Made by a program: the position numbers and the translations under genes. The notes beneath the pieces are model-generated. The model did no database searches. It was given only the letters and a program-made list of their open reading frames with translations, and was not told the origin of the DNA. 64,000 bases of DNA from Candidatus Pacebacteria bacterium CG2_30_36_39 (GTDB lineage: Bacteria; Patescibacteriota; Microgenomatia; UBA1400; PJMF01): contig MNZB01000004.1 of assembly GCA_001873435.1 (NCBI GenBank), positions 158,980 to 222,979 of the forward strand. Direction: 5' to 3'. Positions 1-9,767 of the stretch are shown piece after piece; within the stretch, counting starts at the first letter, position 1, and every line of letters begins with the position of its first letter.

Positions 1-544
1 CCAAACTCAATAACCTAGCTTTGTGCTTTGAAAACTCCTCTGCTGCCACAGTAAAACCATATTCACTAATAGCAAAACAAATCTCAACCTTAGCCCCAGC
101 TTCCCTAAGTGATTCAATAGCCGCCAAACTACTGAGTCCAGTAGAAACATGATCTTCTACCAATAGCACAGTCTTACCAGCCACATCACCGCCCTCAACC
201 ATTTTCTTTGTACCATGATCCTTTGCTTGTTTTCTCACAAAAACTGATGGCTTATTCATTGCAAAAGCCAATCCAGCACTATGAGGAATACCTGCTGCTT
301 CTACTCCAGCAATCACATCAAATTCAATATTTTTCTCTGCAATTAATTTAATAAAACTTTCGATAATCGTATGCCACTGCTTGGGATAAAAGGGAAATCT
401 ACGATTATCCAAATACACTGGTGATAAAATTCCAGACTTAAAACGAATTGGGGCATCAGGAACAAACCCAACCGCCTTAATATCAAGTAAAGCCTTAGCA
501 ACAGCTCTAGAAACAAACACATTCTTATATGAATCATTTTTCAT
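1..544 (-). CDS. pyrE: Orotate phosphoribosyltransferase, 3' end cut by the window edge; missing from the ORF track
   Basis: Manual translation from ATG at 544: MKNDSYKNVFVSRAVAKALLDIKAVGFVPDAPIRFKSGILSPVYLDNR..., with FVRKQAKDHG and the PRPP-binding motif VLLVEDHVSTGLS. Confidence 0.93.
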   Translation of the reverse strand, partial: MKNDSYKNVFVSRAVAKALLDIKAVGFVPDAPIRFKSGILSPVYLDNRRFPFYPKQWHTIIESFIKLIAEKNIEFDVIAGVEAAGIPHSAGLAFAMNKPSVFVRKQAKDHGTKKMVEGGDVAGKTVLLVEDHVSTGLSSLAAIESLREAGAKVEICFAISEYGFTVAAEEFSKHKARLLSL

Positions 545-560
545 AAAAAAATCCCACTAC

Positions 561-1784
561 TTAGAGTGGGTTCCCTTCTTTAATGTTTTTTTTATTTTTA
601 CAAACTTCCATAATCAAATACAAATTAAAAAAGATAAGCGGCAAAATTTTACTCAACACCAAAACACTCCAACCGCCATCAGTTACATAATGCCCTTTTG
701 TACCTATCTGAAATAAATACATTAAAAAAAATGGGGTTGGCAAAATATTTAACACAGCCAAAACTTTAGCAGTTTTTTCTTTAAATAAATCATCAAAAAT
801 AACACCCAAAGCCAATAATGTTCCTACAGTAGTGTAATGATATTCAAATACCAAATCATAAAATAAAAGGTAAAAAGAAGTCATTAAAAAAGCAGTTTTC
901 CAAAGACTAATTTTATATTTCCATTGTAAAAAAATAATCATTAGCAATGAAAAAATCTTAAGATAAATACCATATTTCAAATAAATACCCAACTCCCAAA
1001 ACCTCAAAAGTGAGTCTAAAGTAAACACTCCTGGAGGGCCACCTATCGGCTGACCAATTCTAATAATTAAATTAGTCAAATAATACTGACCAGCTCCATT
1101 TAATAAAAATGGCAATGATAAAAAGATAAACATCAAAACACCTAAAACTGCTATCTTAGTTTTTTTCTGCAACACCAAAACTGGCAACCACAAAATAGTA
1201 ATGGGTTTAACCATAAAAGTTAAAACCAAGCCAAGAGCAGCCAATAAATCATTCTTTAAAAATAAAAAGAAAATAACAATACCTGCATCAAGCAAAAAAT
1301 GATATTGACCGTTCCACATTTCTAGAGCCTGAGGGAAATTTGCTAAGAATAAAAACAAAGCAAACATCAAATTTTGCTTATTAGTTTTTGCTAAAACCAT
1401 TTTTTTATAAATCAACCAAATCAAACTAAACTTAACCAATAAATTAAATATTCTCCACAACAAAAAAGCTGTCATTGGCGAAAAAAACTGCAAAAACCCT
1501 CCAACCACAAAAGTAAAAAATGGATGATAAACATTGGTATTACCAAAAAAATAACTACTTTCACCAGCAATAGTTTTTCCAGTCAACTCACCACCATTCA
1601 AAAAAGCATAAGCACCATTGGGCACTTGGAAAAAATCAATTCCCTGGTATTCATGAACATTACCATGGGGGAAAAAAAAGAAAAATGGCTTTTGAGTTAA
1701 AGCAAAAAGAAAAAAACTAAATTGAAATAAAATGGCTAACCAAAATAAAAATCCTAGAGAAGATTTACTTATCTTGGTCCACAT
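561..1784 (-). CDS. Polytopic membrane glycosyltransferase, GT-C fold (GT87/DUF2029-like)
   Basis: Many transmembrane helices; GIDF, YHP, NGQ and VKP motifs resemble GT87-like proteins. Confidence 0.6.
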   Translation of the reverse strand: MWTKISKSSLGFLFWLAILFQFSFFLFALTQKPFFFFFPHGNVHEYQGIDFFQVPNGAYAFLNGGELTGKTIAGESSYFFGNTNVYHPFFTFVVGGFLQFFSPMTAFLLWRIFNLLVKFSLIWLIYKKMVLAKTNKQNLMFALFLFLANFPQALEMWNGQYHFLLDAGIVIFFLFLKNDLLAALGLVLTFMVKPITILWLPVLVLQKKTKIAVLGVLMFIFLSLPFLLNGAGQYYLTNLIIRIGQPIGGPPGVFTLDSLLRFWELGIYLKYGIYLKIFSLLMIIFLQWKYKISLWKTAFLMTSFYLLFYDLVFEYHYTTVGTLLALGVIFDDLFKEKTAKVLAVLNILPTPFFLMYLFQIGTKGHYVTDGGWSVLVLSKILPLIFFNLYLIMEVCKNKKNIKEGNPL

Positions 1785-3979
1785 TACTCTCCCATGCCTT
1801 GTGTTGAATTCAAATATTCTTGAATTTTAGCAGTATAAACATCTCTTGGCTTACTACCTTCTTGAACCCCAATAAAACCAGCTTCATAAAGCTGATCCAT
1901 GATTCTGGCAGCACGAGCATAACCAACAGCTAATTTTCTTTGAATTAAAGAAGCTGAAGCTTTATCAGCCTTTGAAAATAAACGAGCCGCTTCACCAAAT
2001 AAAGGATCACGATCTTCACCATTTGTTCCACCAGATCCACCACTAATAGTACCAATCTTATATTTTGTTGTAATCTCTTCTTGATAATCAGGTTTTTGAC
2101 CCTGAGATCTTAAGAAATCAACTAAAGCCTTAGTTTCTTTTTCAGAAATATAAGTACCTTGAACACGAACTGGTTTTGCCTTATCTGGTGGTAAATACAA
2201 CATATCACCGCGACCTAGTAACTTTTCAGCCCCAGGACTATCCAAAATAACACGAGAATCTGTTTGAGAAGAAACATTAAAAGCAATACGAGTTGGAATA
2301 TTAGCTTTAATTAAGCCAGTGATAACATCCACGGAAGGACGTTGTGTTGCCAATACTAGGTGAATACCAACTGCACGAGCCATTTGAGCAATGCGAGTAA
2401 TACTCTCTTCTACTTCGTTTGGAGCAAAAAGCATTACATCAGCCAACTCATCAATCACAATCACAATACTTGGCATTGAAATTAAACCAGCCAACTCATT
2501 GTATGAATCTATATTTTTAACTCCAACTTCTGCCAATAACTTATAACGATCCTCCATCAAACTTACTGCCCACTTCAAAGCTGAAACCACTTTACTTGGC
2601 TCCACAATTACTGGAGTTAATAAATGAGGAATATCATTGTAACCAGTTAATTCAACTCTCTTTGGATCAACTAAAATAAATTTAACCTCAGCTGGAGAAG
2701 CTCTGAAAAGAATAGAACTCATAAAAGCATTAATAGCTACTGACTTACCTGATCCAGTAGCACCAGCAATTAAAACGTGAGGCATTTTAGAAATATCTGC
2801 CACCACCGGTTTACCGCCCACATCAATACCAAGAGAAACAGCCAATTTTGATTTATGCTGTTTCATAGTAGGAGAAGCTATCATTTCTTTCAAAGTAACA
2901 AACTCTGCAGAATGATTGGGAACTTCAATACCCACCAAAGATCTTCCAGCAATAGGTGCCTCAACACGAATCTGTCCAGTTGGAGCGGCTAGAGCTAGAG
3001 CCAAATCCGTAGATAAACTAGTAATTTTTGAAAGACGAGTGCCTTCGGTAATCTTTAAAGCATATTGAGTAACAGCAGGACCACCATTAACCTCATCAAC
3101 TCTAGCCTTAATACCAAAGGAATCCAAAGTGTTTTCAATGATATGCGCATTAGCTTTCACATCACCACGTTGAGCTTTACCACCAGGTTTATCAGACAAA
3201 ATACTAAGAGGTGGATATTCCCAAACCGCTGGTCTACTGGCCGGCAACATATCTGTTTGACGCAATAAATTACGACCTTCTACTGGCATTACCTTCTTAT
3301 TATTAGAATCTTCAACCTTATCTTTGCTTTGGACAGGAAGTTCTTTGGGCGACATTAAAGCACCAGTTTGTTCTTCTGTTGCTCGCTCTCTACCATCATT
3401 AATAGTCAGCTTCTTACCAGGCATACCAGGCAACTTGAGTTTAGGAATACTAAAACCTTTTTTATCAGCAAAAAGACCAGCTGTTTCAGTTGCAGCTTCT
3501 TTAGCGTCTTTCTTGCGCAATAACCATTTGATAGCTTCAACCAATGACCAGCTAGACATTACTAAAAATCCAATTATTCCAAAGGAAATAAAGAAAATAA
3601 CAGTACCAGTAGAACCAAGTAATACAGCAAAATTACTATATAAAGATTTACCAATTTCTCCAGTCTTCCCTAGGCCTAAAAAGGAAAACATAAGTAATAA
3701 AGTACCAAGCAAAACATGTGGCTTAGACCAAACCCATTTTGCTCTGAGCATAGCCAAACCAGCAGAGATAAAAACAAATGGCAAAAACATCATTGCCAAG
3801 CCAAGTTTCAAACTAAGAAAAGTGTTTACTTGTTGCAGAACAACACCTTGTCCTGCAAAAGAAACCATAATCAAAACACCTAAAGTCATTAAAAAAACCG
3901 CTCCAATAGAATGTGTTGTTTCTGTTGGAATCGTTAATTTTAATTGATTTTTTTTATTGCGTTTACGTTTCTTACCCAT
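1784..3979 (-). CDS. ftsK: DNA translocase FtsK/SpoIIIE
   Basis: N-terminal TM segments, PHVLIAGATGSGKS Walker A, IDELAD Walker B, ATQRPSVDVITG, gamma domain SASLIQRKLAVGYARAARIMDQL. Confidence 0.97.
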   Translation of the reverse strand: MGKKRKRNKKNQLKLTIPTETTHSIGAVFLMTLGVLIMVSFAGQGVVLQQVNTFLSLKLGLAMMFLPFVFISAGLAMLRAKWVWSKPHVLLGTLLLMFSFLGLGKTGEIGKSLYSNFAVLLGSTGTVIFFISFGIIGFLVMSSWSLVEAIKWLLRKKDAKEAATETAGLFADKKGFSIPKLKLPGMPGKKLTINDGRERATEEQTGALMSPKELPVQSKDKVEDSNNKKVMPVEGRNLLRQTDMLPASRPAVWEYPPLSILSDKPGGKAQRGDVKANAHIIENTLDSFGIKARVDEVNGGPAVTQYALKITEGTRLSKITSLSTDLALALAAPTGQIRVEAPIAGRSLVGIEVPNHSAEFVTLKEMIASPTMKQHKSKLAVSLGIDVGGKPVVADISKMPHVLIAGATGSGKSVAINAFMSSILFRASPAEVKFILVDPKRVELTGYNDIPHLLTPVIVEPSKVVSALKWAVSLMEDRYKLLAEVGVKNIDSYNELAGLISMPSIVIVIDELADVMLFAPNEVEESITRIAQMARAVGIHLVLATQRPSVDVITGLIKANIPTRIAFNVSSQTDSRVILDSPGAEKLLGRGDMLYLPPDKAKPVRVQGTYISEKETKALVDFLRSQGQKPDYQEEITTKYKIGTISGGSGGTNGEDRDPLFGEAARLFSKADKASASLIQRKLAVGYARAARIMDQLYEAGFIGVQEGSKPRDVYTAKIQEYLNSTQGMGE

Positions 3980-4016
3980 AATTCAAACTCCCTGACTAGG
4001 AAGCTCAGCTTTAAAT

Positions 4017-4045
4017 GTTATAGGATACTTTCATTGCTTTGTCAA
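4017..4045 (-). promoter_or_regulatory. Sigma70-type promoter of ftsK
   Basis: Minus strand TTGACA-17 nt-TATAAC upstream of the ftsK start. Confidence 0.7.
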
Positions 4046-4104
4046 GCAACAGCACAAACACTAGCTTTGTGCCTGGTAAAACTATATCACAGCCAGCCGG
4101 ACGC

Positions 4105-5772
4105 TTACACGTCTAAAATTACTGGAATAATGATTGGTTCTCGACGAATAACCTTGTAAAGTTTCTTTGAAAGCTGTCTCTCCAGCAAAGAAGCAACATC
4201 TTCATCTGTTTTTGCTTTACGACCGTCTTTCTCAAGAATCTCGACTGTTTGTAACTTGATAAAATCAATTACCTCAGTAGCTTCTTTAACAAAAACAAAA
4301 CCTTTAGAAACTACATCCATTTTGCTTAAATCTAATCTTCCATTTATACGTGGCAAAATCAAAACAATCATGCCAGCTTGAGACATTGAGCGTCGATCTG
4401 ATAAAACGGTTGGTCCTACATCACCAATACCAAGACCATCAACTGTTCTAGGTTTAATAGAAATCTTATCAACAACTCTAACTTCTCCATCCTTTAAACC
4501 TAAAACCTCTTCATGACCGGGAATCAAAGTAAACCCTTTTTTATATCCCAAAGACTGAGTGACATACTCCTTAAATTTAGCTCTATGACGATCCTCTCCA
4601 CCGATAGGCATAACAAACTTAGGATGAAGTAACTTTACCACTTCACGTTGTTCCACCGCACTAGCATGGCCTGATTTATGCAAATCATGATTAACATCAG
4701 GATAAATCACTGTAATACCATTACTTGCCAATTCATTAATGGCTCGGTAATAAGGAATTTCATTTCCAGGTATCACATTGGCTGAAAACACTACCTTATC
4801 ATCTGGCAAAATCTGAACCTGACGATGTTCACCGTAAACAGCCCTGATTAGAGATGAACCCTCTTGACCCTGACTTCCAGCGATCATAATACAAAGTTCT
4901 TTATCTCGATATTGATCCATATCTCTTTTATCAATCATTACACCATCTGGCATTTGCAATTTATTTAAATCCATAGCAATCTTGACGTTTTGCTCAACAG
5001 ATCGACCAATAAATGCTACTTTTCTACCCAATTTTTTAGCTGCATTAACTACCTGTTGAATACGATGAATATGAGAACTCATTAGGGTAATAATATATTT
5101 ACCCTTAGTATTAAGCATCAGCTTTTCCAATTCTGGACCAGTCTCTGATTCAGATTCGGTGCGGTCGAGATTTTCTACTCTCAAACAATCTATTAAAGCC
5201 AAAGTAATACCTTTATCACCCAATTCTTTCATTGTAGCTACATCTGTTTTTACCCCATCAATAGGATGTTCATCTAGCTTGAAATCTGAGCCATGATAAA
5301 TAACTCCTTCTGGGGTATTAATAACCAAATGTTTTGTATCAGGGACAGAGTGAGTAACTGCCAAACTCATTACGGTAAAATATTTACCATACTGAACTGG
5401 TTTAAGATCTTGAAAAACATTGATTTCAGTTTCAATACCTACATCCTGAAGTTTCTTATTGATAAAACCAACAGTCAAAGGAGATGCCCAAATCATTGGC
5501 ATGGTTTCAAATTCTGGCAAAACATATGGCAAAGCGCCCATATGATCTTCGTGACCATGAGAAATGGCAATGCCAACTACTTTTTTACCCTTGGCAATTT
5601 CCTCATGAAGATATGATGTGTCTGGAATTAAAGTATCAACTCCAGGCATATATTCATCTGGAAAACCAATACCACAATCGACAATTAGAATCTCATCTTC
5701 ATATTCATATAAATACATGTTTTGGGTTACTTTTCCTAGGCCACCCAATGGCACCAAACGTAATTCAGACAT
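4105..5772 (-). CDS. rnj: Ribonuclease J
   Basis: PLGGLG, SHGHEDHMG metallo-beta-lactamase motif, HSVPD, GSQGQ, HKSGHA. Confidence 0.95.
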   Translation of the reverse strand: MSELRLVPLGGLGKVTQNMYLYEYEDEILIVDCGIGFPDEYMPGVDTLIPDTSYLHEEIAKGKKVVGIAISHGHEDHMGALPYVLPEFETMPMIWASPLTVGFINKKLQDVGIETEINVFQDLKPVQYGKYFTVMSLAVTHSVPDTKHLVINTPEGVIYHGSDFKLDEHPIDGVKTDVATMKELGDKGITLALIDCLRVENLDRTESESETGPELEKLMLNTKGKYIITLMSSHIHRIQQVVNAAKKLGRKVAFIGRSVEQNVKIAMDLNKLQMPDGVMIDKRDMDQYRDKELCIMIAGSQGQEGSSLIRAVYGEHRQVQILPDDKVVFSANVIPGNEIPYYRAINELASNGITVIYPDVNHDLHKSGHASAVEQREVVKLLHPKFVMPIGGEDRHRAKFKEYVTQSLGYKKGFTLIPGHEEVLGLKDGEVRVVDKISIKPRTVDGLGIGDVGPTVLSDRRSMSQAGMIVLILPRINGRLDLSKMDVVSKGFVFVKEATEVIDFIKLQTVEILEKDGRKAKTDEDVASLLERQLSKKLYKVIRREPIIIPVILDV

Positions 5773-5787
5773 AATTTCCTTTCGAAA

Positions 5788-6414
5788 TTAAAATAATATT
5801 TCTTTTATTCCTTGTTTAAGACTTTCCGTTCCTCTTTGCTCTTTTATCCAAGTAAGAATCTTGGGAATTTTTTTAAAATCAGCAATGAATGACTCCATCA
5901 TTCTACTAGATCTTAAGGCTGCTGCGGGATGGTACATTGGTAAAACAAAAATATCCACTCCTTCCCACTGAACCTTATGCAATCTGCCATGAACTGCTGA
6001 TATTTTAACTTCTGGCAAAAATTTAGCCATACTAAAACGACCTAAGGTAACAATTATTTCAGGCTTTAAGATCTCTAGCTCCTGATTAAGATATGGTCTA
6101 TATGCCGCAATTTCAATAGGAGTAGGATCTCGATTTTCTGGAGGCCTAACTTTAACAATATTGCTAATAAAAACTTTAGCCGGGGGCAAACCAACTTCTT
6201 CCAAAACTTTTCTTAATAACTTGCCAGAACGACCAACGAATGGACGACGCTGCAAAGCCTCTTCTCTACCAGGAGCCTCACCAATACACATTATCTTCGC
6301 CCGAGAATCTCCTTCACCATGTACAATATCTGTTTTTTGAGTAGCAAGAGGTAATGTTTTGTAAGCAGCTTCTAGTTTTTGCTGTAATTCCTCAAGTAAA
6401 CCTGCATTATCCAT
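5788..6414 (-). CDS. Uracil-DNA glycosylase family 4
   Basis: GEAPG, PFVGRSG, RPPENRDP, YHPAAALR motifs. Confidence 0.92.
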   Translation of the reverse strand: MDNAGLLEELQQKLEAAYKTLPLATQKTDIVHGEGDSRAKIMCIGEAPGREEALQRRPFVGRSGKLLRKVLEEVGLPPAKVFISNIVKVRPPENRDPTPIEIAAYRPYLNQELEILKPEIIVTLGRFSMAKFLPEVKISAVHGRLHKVQWEGVDIFVLPMYHPAAALRSSRMMESFIADFKKIPKILTWIKEQRGTESLKQGIKEILF

Positions 6415-6430
6415 AACTGTATGTTATCAC

Positions 6431-6458
6431 AAAAGGGAGCCTTACGACTCCCTTTTTT
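6431..6458. terminator. Intrinsic terminator, probably bidirectional
   Basis: AAAAGGGAG...CTCCCTTTTTT hairpin with A and T tails. Confidence 0.75.
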
Positions 6459-6481
6459 ATTTCTTTTTGTTTTACCAAAAC

Positions 6482-6793
6482 TTATTCAGTTAAATCTTTT
6501 GCAAGTTTAACATTGTTGTAAGTAGTCTTAGCTGCTGTTTCAATGAAATCATCAGCCAAGTCAGTTAAATCATCAGATGCTTTATCCAAAGTATCTGCCA
6601 TTTCACCATAAGAGTAAGCAGAAATTTTTTCTACTTCACCCATTTGAGCTAACAATTTATCTACTTTTGCTATATCTTCAGCAGACATTTGCTCTGGCAC
6701 ATCTTGCAAAGCAGTAACCACTGATTGATAAGTTTCTTCATCTAAGCCTTGGTTCTTTAGCTCAGCGAGAAGTTGTGTTTTAGTTGGTCCCAT
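6482..6793 (-). CDS. Hypothetical small acidic helical protein
   Basis: 103 aa ORF with AAAGGAG SD; no recognised motif. Confidence 0.75.
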   Translation of the reverse strand: MGPTKTQLLAELKNQGLDEETYQSVVTALQDVPEQMSAEDIAKVDKLLAQMGEVEKISAYSYGEMADTLDKASDDLTDLADDFIETAAKTTYNNVKLAKDLTE

Positions 6794-6821
6794 ATTTGTT
6801 CTCCTTTAAAAATATTTTCTA

Positions 6822-7478
6822 TTATTTAGCAAATCTACTCAACCAACCTCTTACTCCTGAAAAACTGGTAGCGTTTTGAGCAGCCTGTTGTTGCTTGGTT
6901 CTCTTTTCTTGAGCTTCCTGCTTTAATTTATCAGCAGCAGTCACAACTTGATCGCCATCTGTTTCTTGACTCTCATTGATAAGCTGATTAGCTGTCTCCA
7001 ATAGAGATTTAACACCCTCAGCGGCGGCTTTCAAAGCAGCGAGTTTTAGTTCGACGACTTTAGCTTCTGCTCTAGCTGGAAGACTATCAATAAAAGCTGA
7101 TAGTTGGTCCATCTTAGCAGCGGCTTTGTTAGTAATATCATAAGCACCTTGGATAACGTCTGCTTTAGCTTTTTCAATACCCATTTCAGCCTTGGTTCTT
7201 AGACTATCAGCGCCATCAACCAATTTACCTGGCCAAGAAGCAACTTCACCAGCTCCTTTTTTAACACCATCCCAAGCAGCTGCTCCAACTTCCTTTACTT
7301 TAGCCCAACTAGCACCCCAAGTCTCTCTACTTTGCTGACGCTTGGCATCACGAGCTTCTTGACGTGCTTTACCAGCATCTCTAGCATCAAATGACTTTTC
7401 AGCGGCTGCTCTTGCTGACTCAGAAGAGTAACTCTTTAGTACGTCTCCCTTTAAAAATGGTTTATTTGCTTCTCCCAT
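6822..7478 (-). CDS. Hypothetical Ala/Lys-rich amphipathic helical protein
   Basis: 218 aa ORF, AAGGA SD, low-complexity helical composition. Confidence 0.75.
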   Translation of the reverse strand: MGEANKPFLKGDVLKSYSSESARAAAEKSFDARDAGKARQEARDAKRQQSRETWGASWAKVKEVGAAAWDGVKKGAGEVASWPGKLVDGADSLRTKAEMGIEKAKADVIQGAYDITNKAAAKMDQLSAFIDSLPARAEAKVVELKLAALKAAAEGVKSLLETANQLINESQETDGDQVVTAADKLKQEAQEKRTKQQQAAQNATSFSGVRGWLSRFAK

Positions 7479-7508
7479 ATTTTCCTTTAACTTTTAGTTA
7501 CTTTATTA

Positions 7509-8003
7509 CTACTTATTCAATCCAGATCGGTATTTTTTTAATAAATTCAAAGCAAAACCAATACCACCAGTATTGCTCTTAGTTTCCATAGTAGCAGGTG
7601 CTTGAGTTGGTCGCAATGAGCTTAATGCATCAATATAGAAATCTACTTGGTCTGACTCAGCACTAGGCACTCTACCTTGTAATAAATCTTGAAGACTGTC
7701 AGCTCCATCACTTACTGAAGTTCCAGAAGATACTGTTTGTTTACTAGAAAAATCTTCCAATAAGGACAAAAGCTCATCAACTTGAGAAGCTCCTGAATCT
7801 CCATTATCTACAAAAGAATTAAGCATTTCTTCTAATTCTTTGATTGAATTATTACTAACAGTTTTTGCAACTGGAGCAGCAGCTCCACTCATCCTAGCTG
7901 AAACTTGAGCTTCAACTTCAGTTTTAATATATGCTTGTAACTCTGTAGCTAACTGAGCAAAAGCTTTTTGAAATATTTGATCATTCATATTTTTCTCTCT
8001 CAA
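7509..8003 (-). CDS. Hypothetical Ser-rich protein
   Basis: 164 aa ORF co-oriented with neighbours; start may be the downstream MNDQ. Confidence 0.7.
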   Translation of the reverse strand: MREKNMNDQIFQKAFAQLATELQAYIKTEVEAQVSARMSGAAAPVAKTVSNNSIKELEEMLNSFVDNGDSGASQVDELLSLLEDFSSKQTVSSGTSVSDGADSLQDLLQGRVPSAESDQVDFYIDALSSLRPTQAPATMETKSNTGGIGFALNLLKKYRSGLNK

Positions 8004-8067
8004 TAAATCACTGTTAAAAATTATATTCTTTTAGAGTTTTAAAAAAAATGTCTCAAAAAGTATCTTT

Positions 8068-9126
8068 CTAATACTTAGGCATGAATATTTTGGCATTTTC
8101 CTTAGTAATCACTACCTTATCAAAACCACGCTCAACAATAATACGCACTACTTTACGTACTGCTCCCTGCAATGTTCTTTGCAAAGTACGAATACCCATG
8201 TCATAACCCAAAGGACGAGTGATAATTGGCCAAACATCTTCATGTAAATCAAATTGCTCTGGTCTTAAACCTGCATCAGTCAATAAACCTGGCAATATAT
8301 ATTTCTTAGCAATTTGAATCTTCTCATTATCAGTGTATGAAGGCATAGAAATCTTTTCCATACGATCCATAACAGCAGTAGCAATCTTAGTAGTATTGTT
8401 AGCAGTAGCTAAGAAAATAGCATGACTTAAGTTAACTGGATAATCGATATAAGTATCTGTAAAAGCATTATTCTGAGCAGGATCAAGCAACTCAACTAAG
8501 ACACCCATAATATCCATATTAGCTTCTTCAGCTCCACGATCAATTTCATCTAACAAAATAACTGGATTACGAACACCAGCTTCACAAATTCCTTTAATAA
8601 CTCTTCCTGGCTCTGAACCAAGCAATAAGCGTGAATTACCACGAAGTTCTTTTGCTGATCCCATACCACCAAAAGGGATGCGCACCAACTGACGACCCAA
8701 TGCCTCAGATAACGAATAGGCAAAAGTAGTTTTACCTGTACCCACCAAACCAACAAGCAACAGAATAGGAGCTTTAAATTCTTCCCCGGGAGCTTGTTTG
8801 TTGCGTAAATTTAAAATAGAGATATATTCCAAAAAACGATCTTTAACTTCCTGCATACCATAGTGATGTTTATCAAAAACAGCCTTAGCTTTTTCAATAT
8901 CAGTCACGTCTTGAGATTCTTTTAGCCAAGGAATTTGGAGCACCCAGTTTACATAACGAGAAACTTTTTCATATTTTTCATCATAACTACCAAGTTCAAC
9001 ACTACGCTCAAGAGAAACAATCTCTTTTTCAACCTTACCCTTCATATCCTCTGGAAGGGAAGCTTGAATTGCCCTGTCACGAAGGTCTTTAATTTCTTGC
9101 TGAAGAATGTGTTTATAGTCTGTCAT
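8068..9126 (-). CDS. Lon-family AAA+ ATPase module only, without substrate-binding N-domain or protease domain
   Basis: HYGMQEVKDRFLEY, GLVGTGKT, NPVILLDEID, LLDPAQNNAFTDTY, DRME; ends at 352 aa before the Ser-Lys protease domain. Confidence 0.88.
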   Translation of the reverse strand: MTDYKHILQQEIKDLRDRAIQASLPEDMKGKVEKEIVSLERSVELGSYDEKYEKVSRYVNWVLQIPWLKESQDVTDIEKAKAVFDKHHYGMQEVKDRFLEYISILNLRNKQAPGEEFKAPILLLVGLVGTGKTTFAYSLSEALGRQLVRIPFGGMGSAKELRGNSRLLLGSEPGRVIKGICEAGVRNPVILLDEIDRGAEEANMDIMGVLVELLDPAQNNAFTDTYIDYPVNLSHAIFLATANNTTKIATAVMDRMEKISMPSYTDNEKIQIAKKYILPGLLTDAGLRPEQFDLHEDVWPIITRPLGYDMGIRTLQRTLQGAVRKVVRIIVERGFDKVVITKENAKIFMPKY

Positions 9127-9141
9127 GGGCAGCTGGCAGTT

Positions 9142-9717
9142 TTACTCCAACTCTGTTGGTGGAGTCTCAACTGAATCTATCTCTTCTGGAAGATTCGAGA
9201 CAGGCAGAACCTGCTGTGTTACTACTCCCAGACCAATTAAAAACATACCGGCCATTACCATTAAAAAAGTATTCGCTACTCCACCAGTTGCAGGTAGGGT
9301 TGCGGTACTACTCTCGGTAGCACCACCAACACCAGTGGTAGTGGTAGTTGTGGTAGAAGAAGTGCTTGTAGTAGTAGTGGAATTAATTAACAAAATATAG
9401 TCCAAAGATTCCAAATTAGAAGCCAACTTCAATGGATGGGCACTGGCTGTTAATGCAGTAATCGGCGTATAGCTCCAATCACCGGCAGAATCTGCTAGCA
9501 CTGCTACCGTTAAATCATCAATTGTAATATCGATCGTAGCATCTGGAGAAGCTTTACCAATTAAAGTAGGAGTTGTATCTGTCGTGCTAATACTAATTAA
9601 AGCACCAACAGAAGTACCGCCAGCACTAATTAGCTGCAAAGTTGCTGCCATAGCAACAGCTTTTACACTAAATAAAATTACCAAAAACAAGATAGCGATA
9701 CGCAAATATCGAAACAT
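9142..9717 (-). CDS. Secreted Ig-like domain protein with Thr/Ser linker and LPxTG-type sorting signal
   Basis: Signal peptide, DTTPTLIG...ADSAGDWSYTP bacterial Ig-like repeat, poly-Thr, LPATGG followed by a hydrophobic helix; start placed at MFRYL. Confidence 0.65.
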   Translation of the reverse strand: MFRYLRIAILFLVILFSVKAVAMAATLQLISAGGTSVGALISISTTDTTPTLIGKASPDATIDITIDDLTVAVLADSAGDWSYTPITALTASAHPLKLASNLESLDYILLINSTTTTSTSSTTTTTTTGVGGATESSTATLPATGGVANTFLMVMAGMFLIGLGVVTQQVLPVSNLPEEIDSVETPPTELE

Positions 9718-9767
9718 AAAACTACTATACATTAAATCATGGAAACAAAACAACCCGTCAATATAGA

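Noticed and set aside
343-537. 64-aa ORF in the track
   Set aside because: Out-of-frame shadow of pyrE, which starts at 544 and runs off the window.
1784-7478. FtsK plus small helical proteins as a type VII secretion locus
   Set aside because: FtsK has a single ATPase domain and a DNA-binding gamma domain, and the small proteins lack a central WxG motif.
9320-9385. GTA/GTG triplet repeats
   Set aside because: Encode the poly-Thr/Ser linker of the surface protein.
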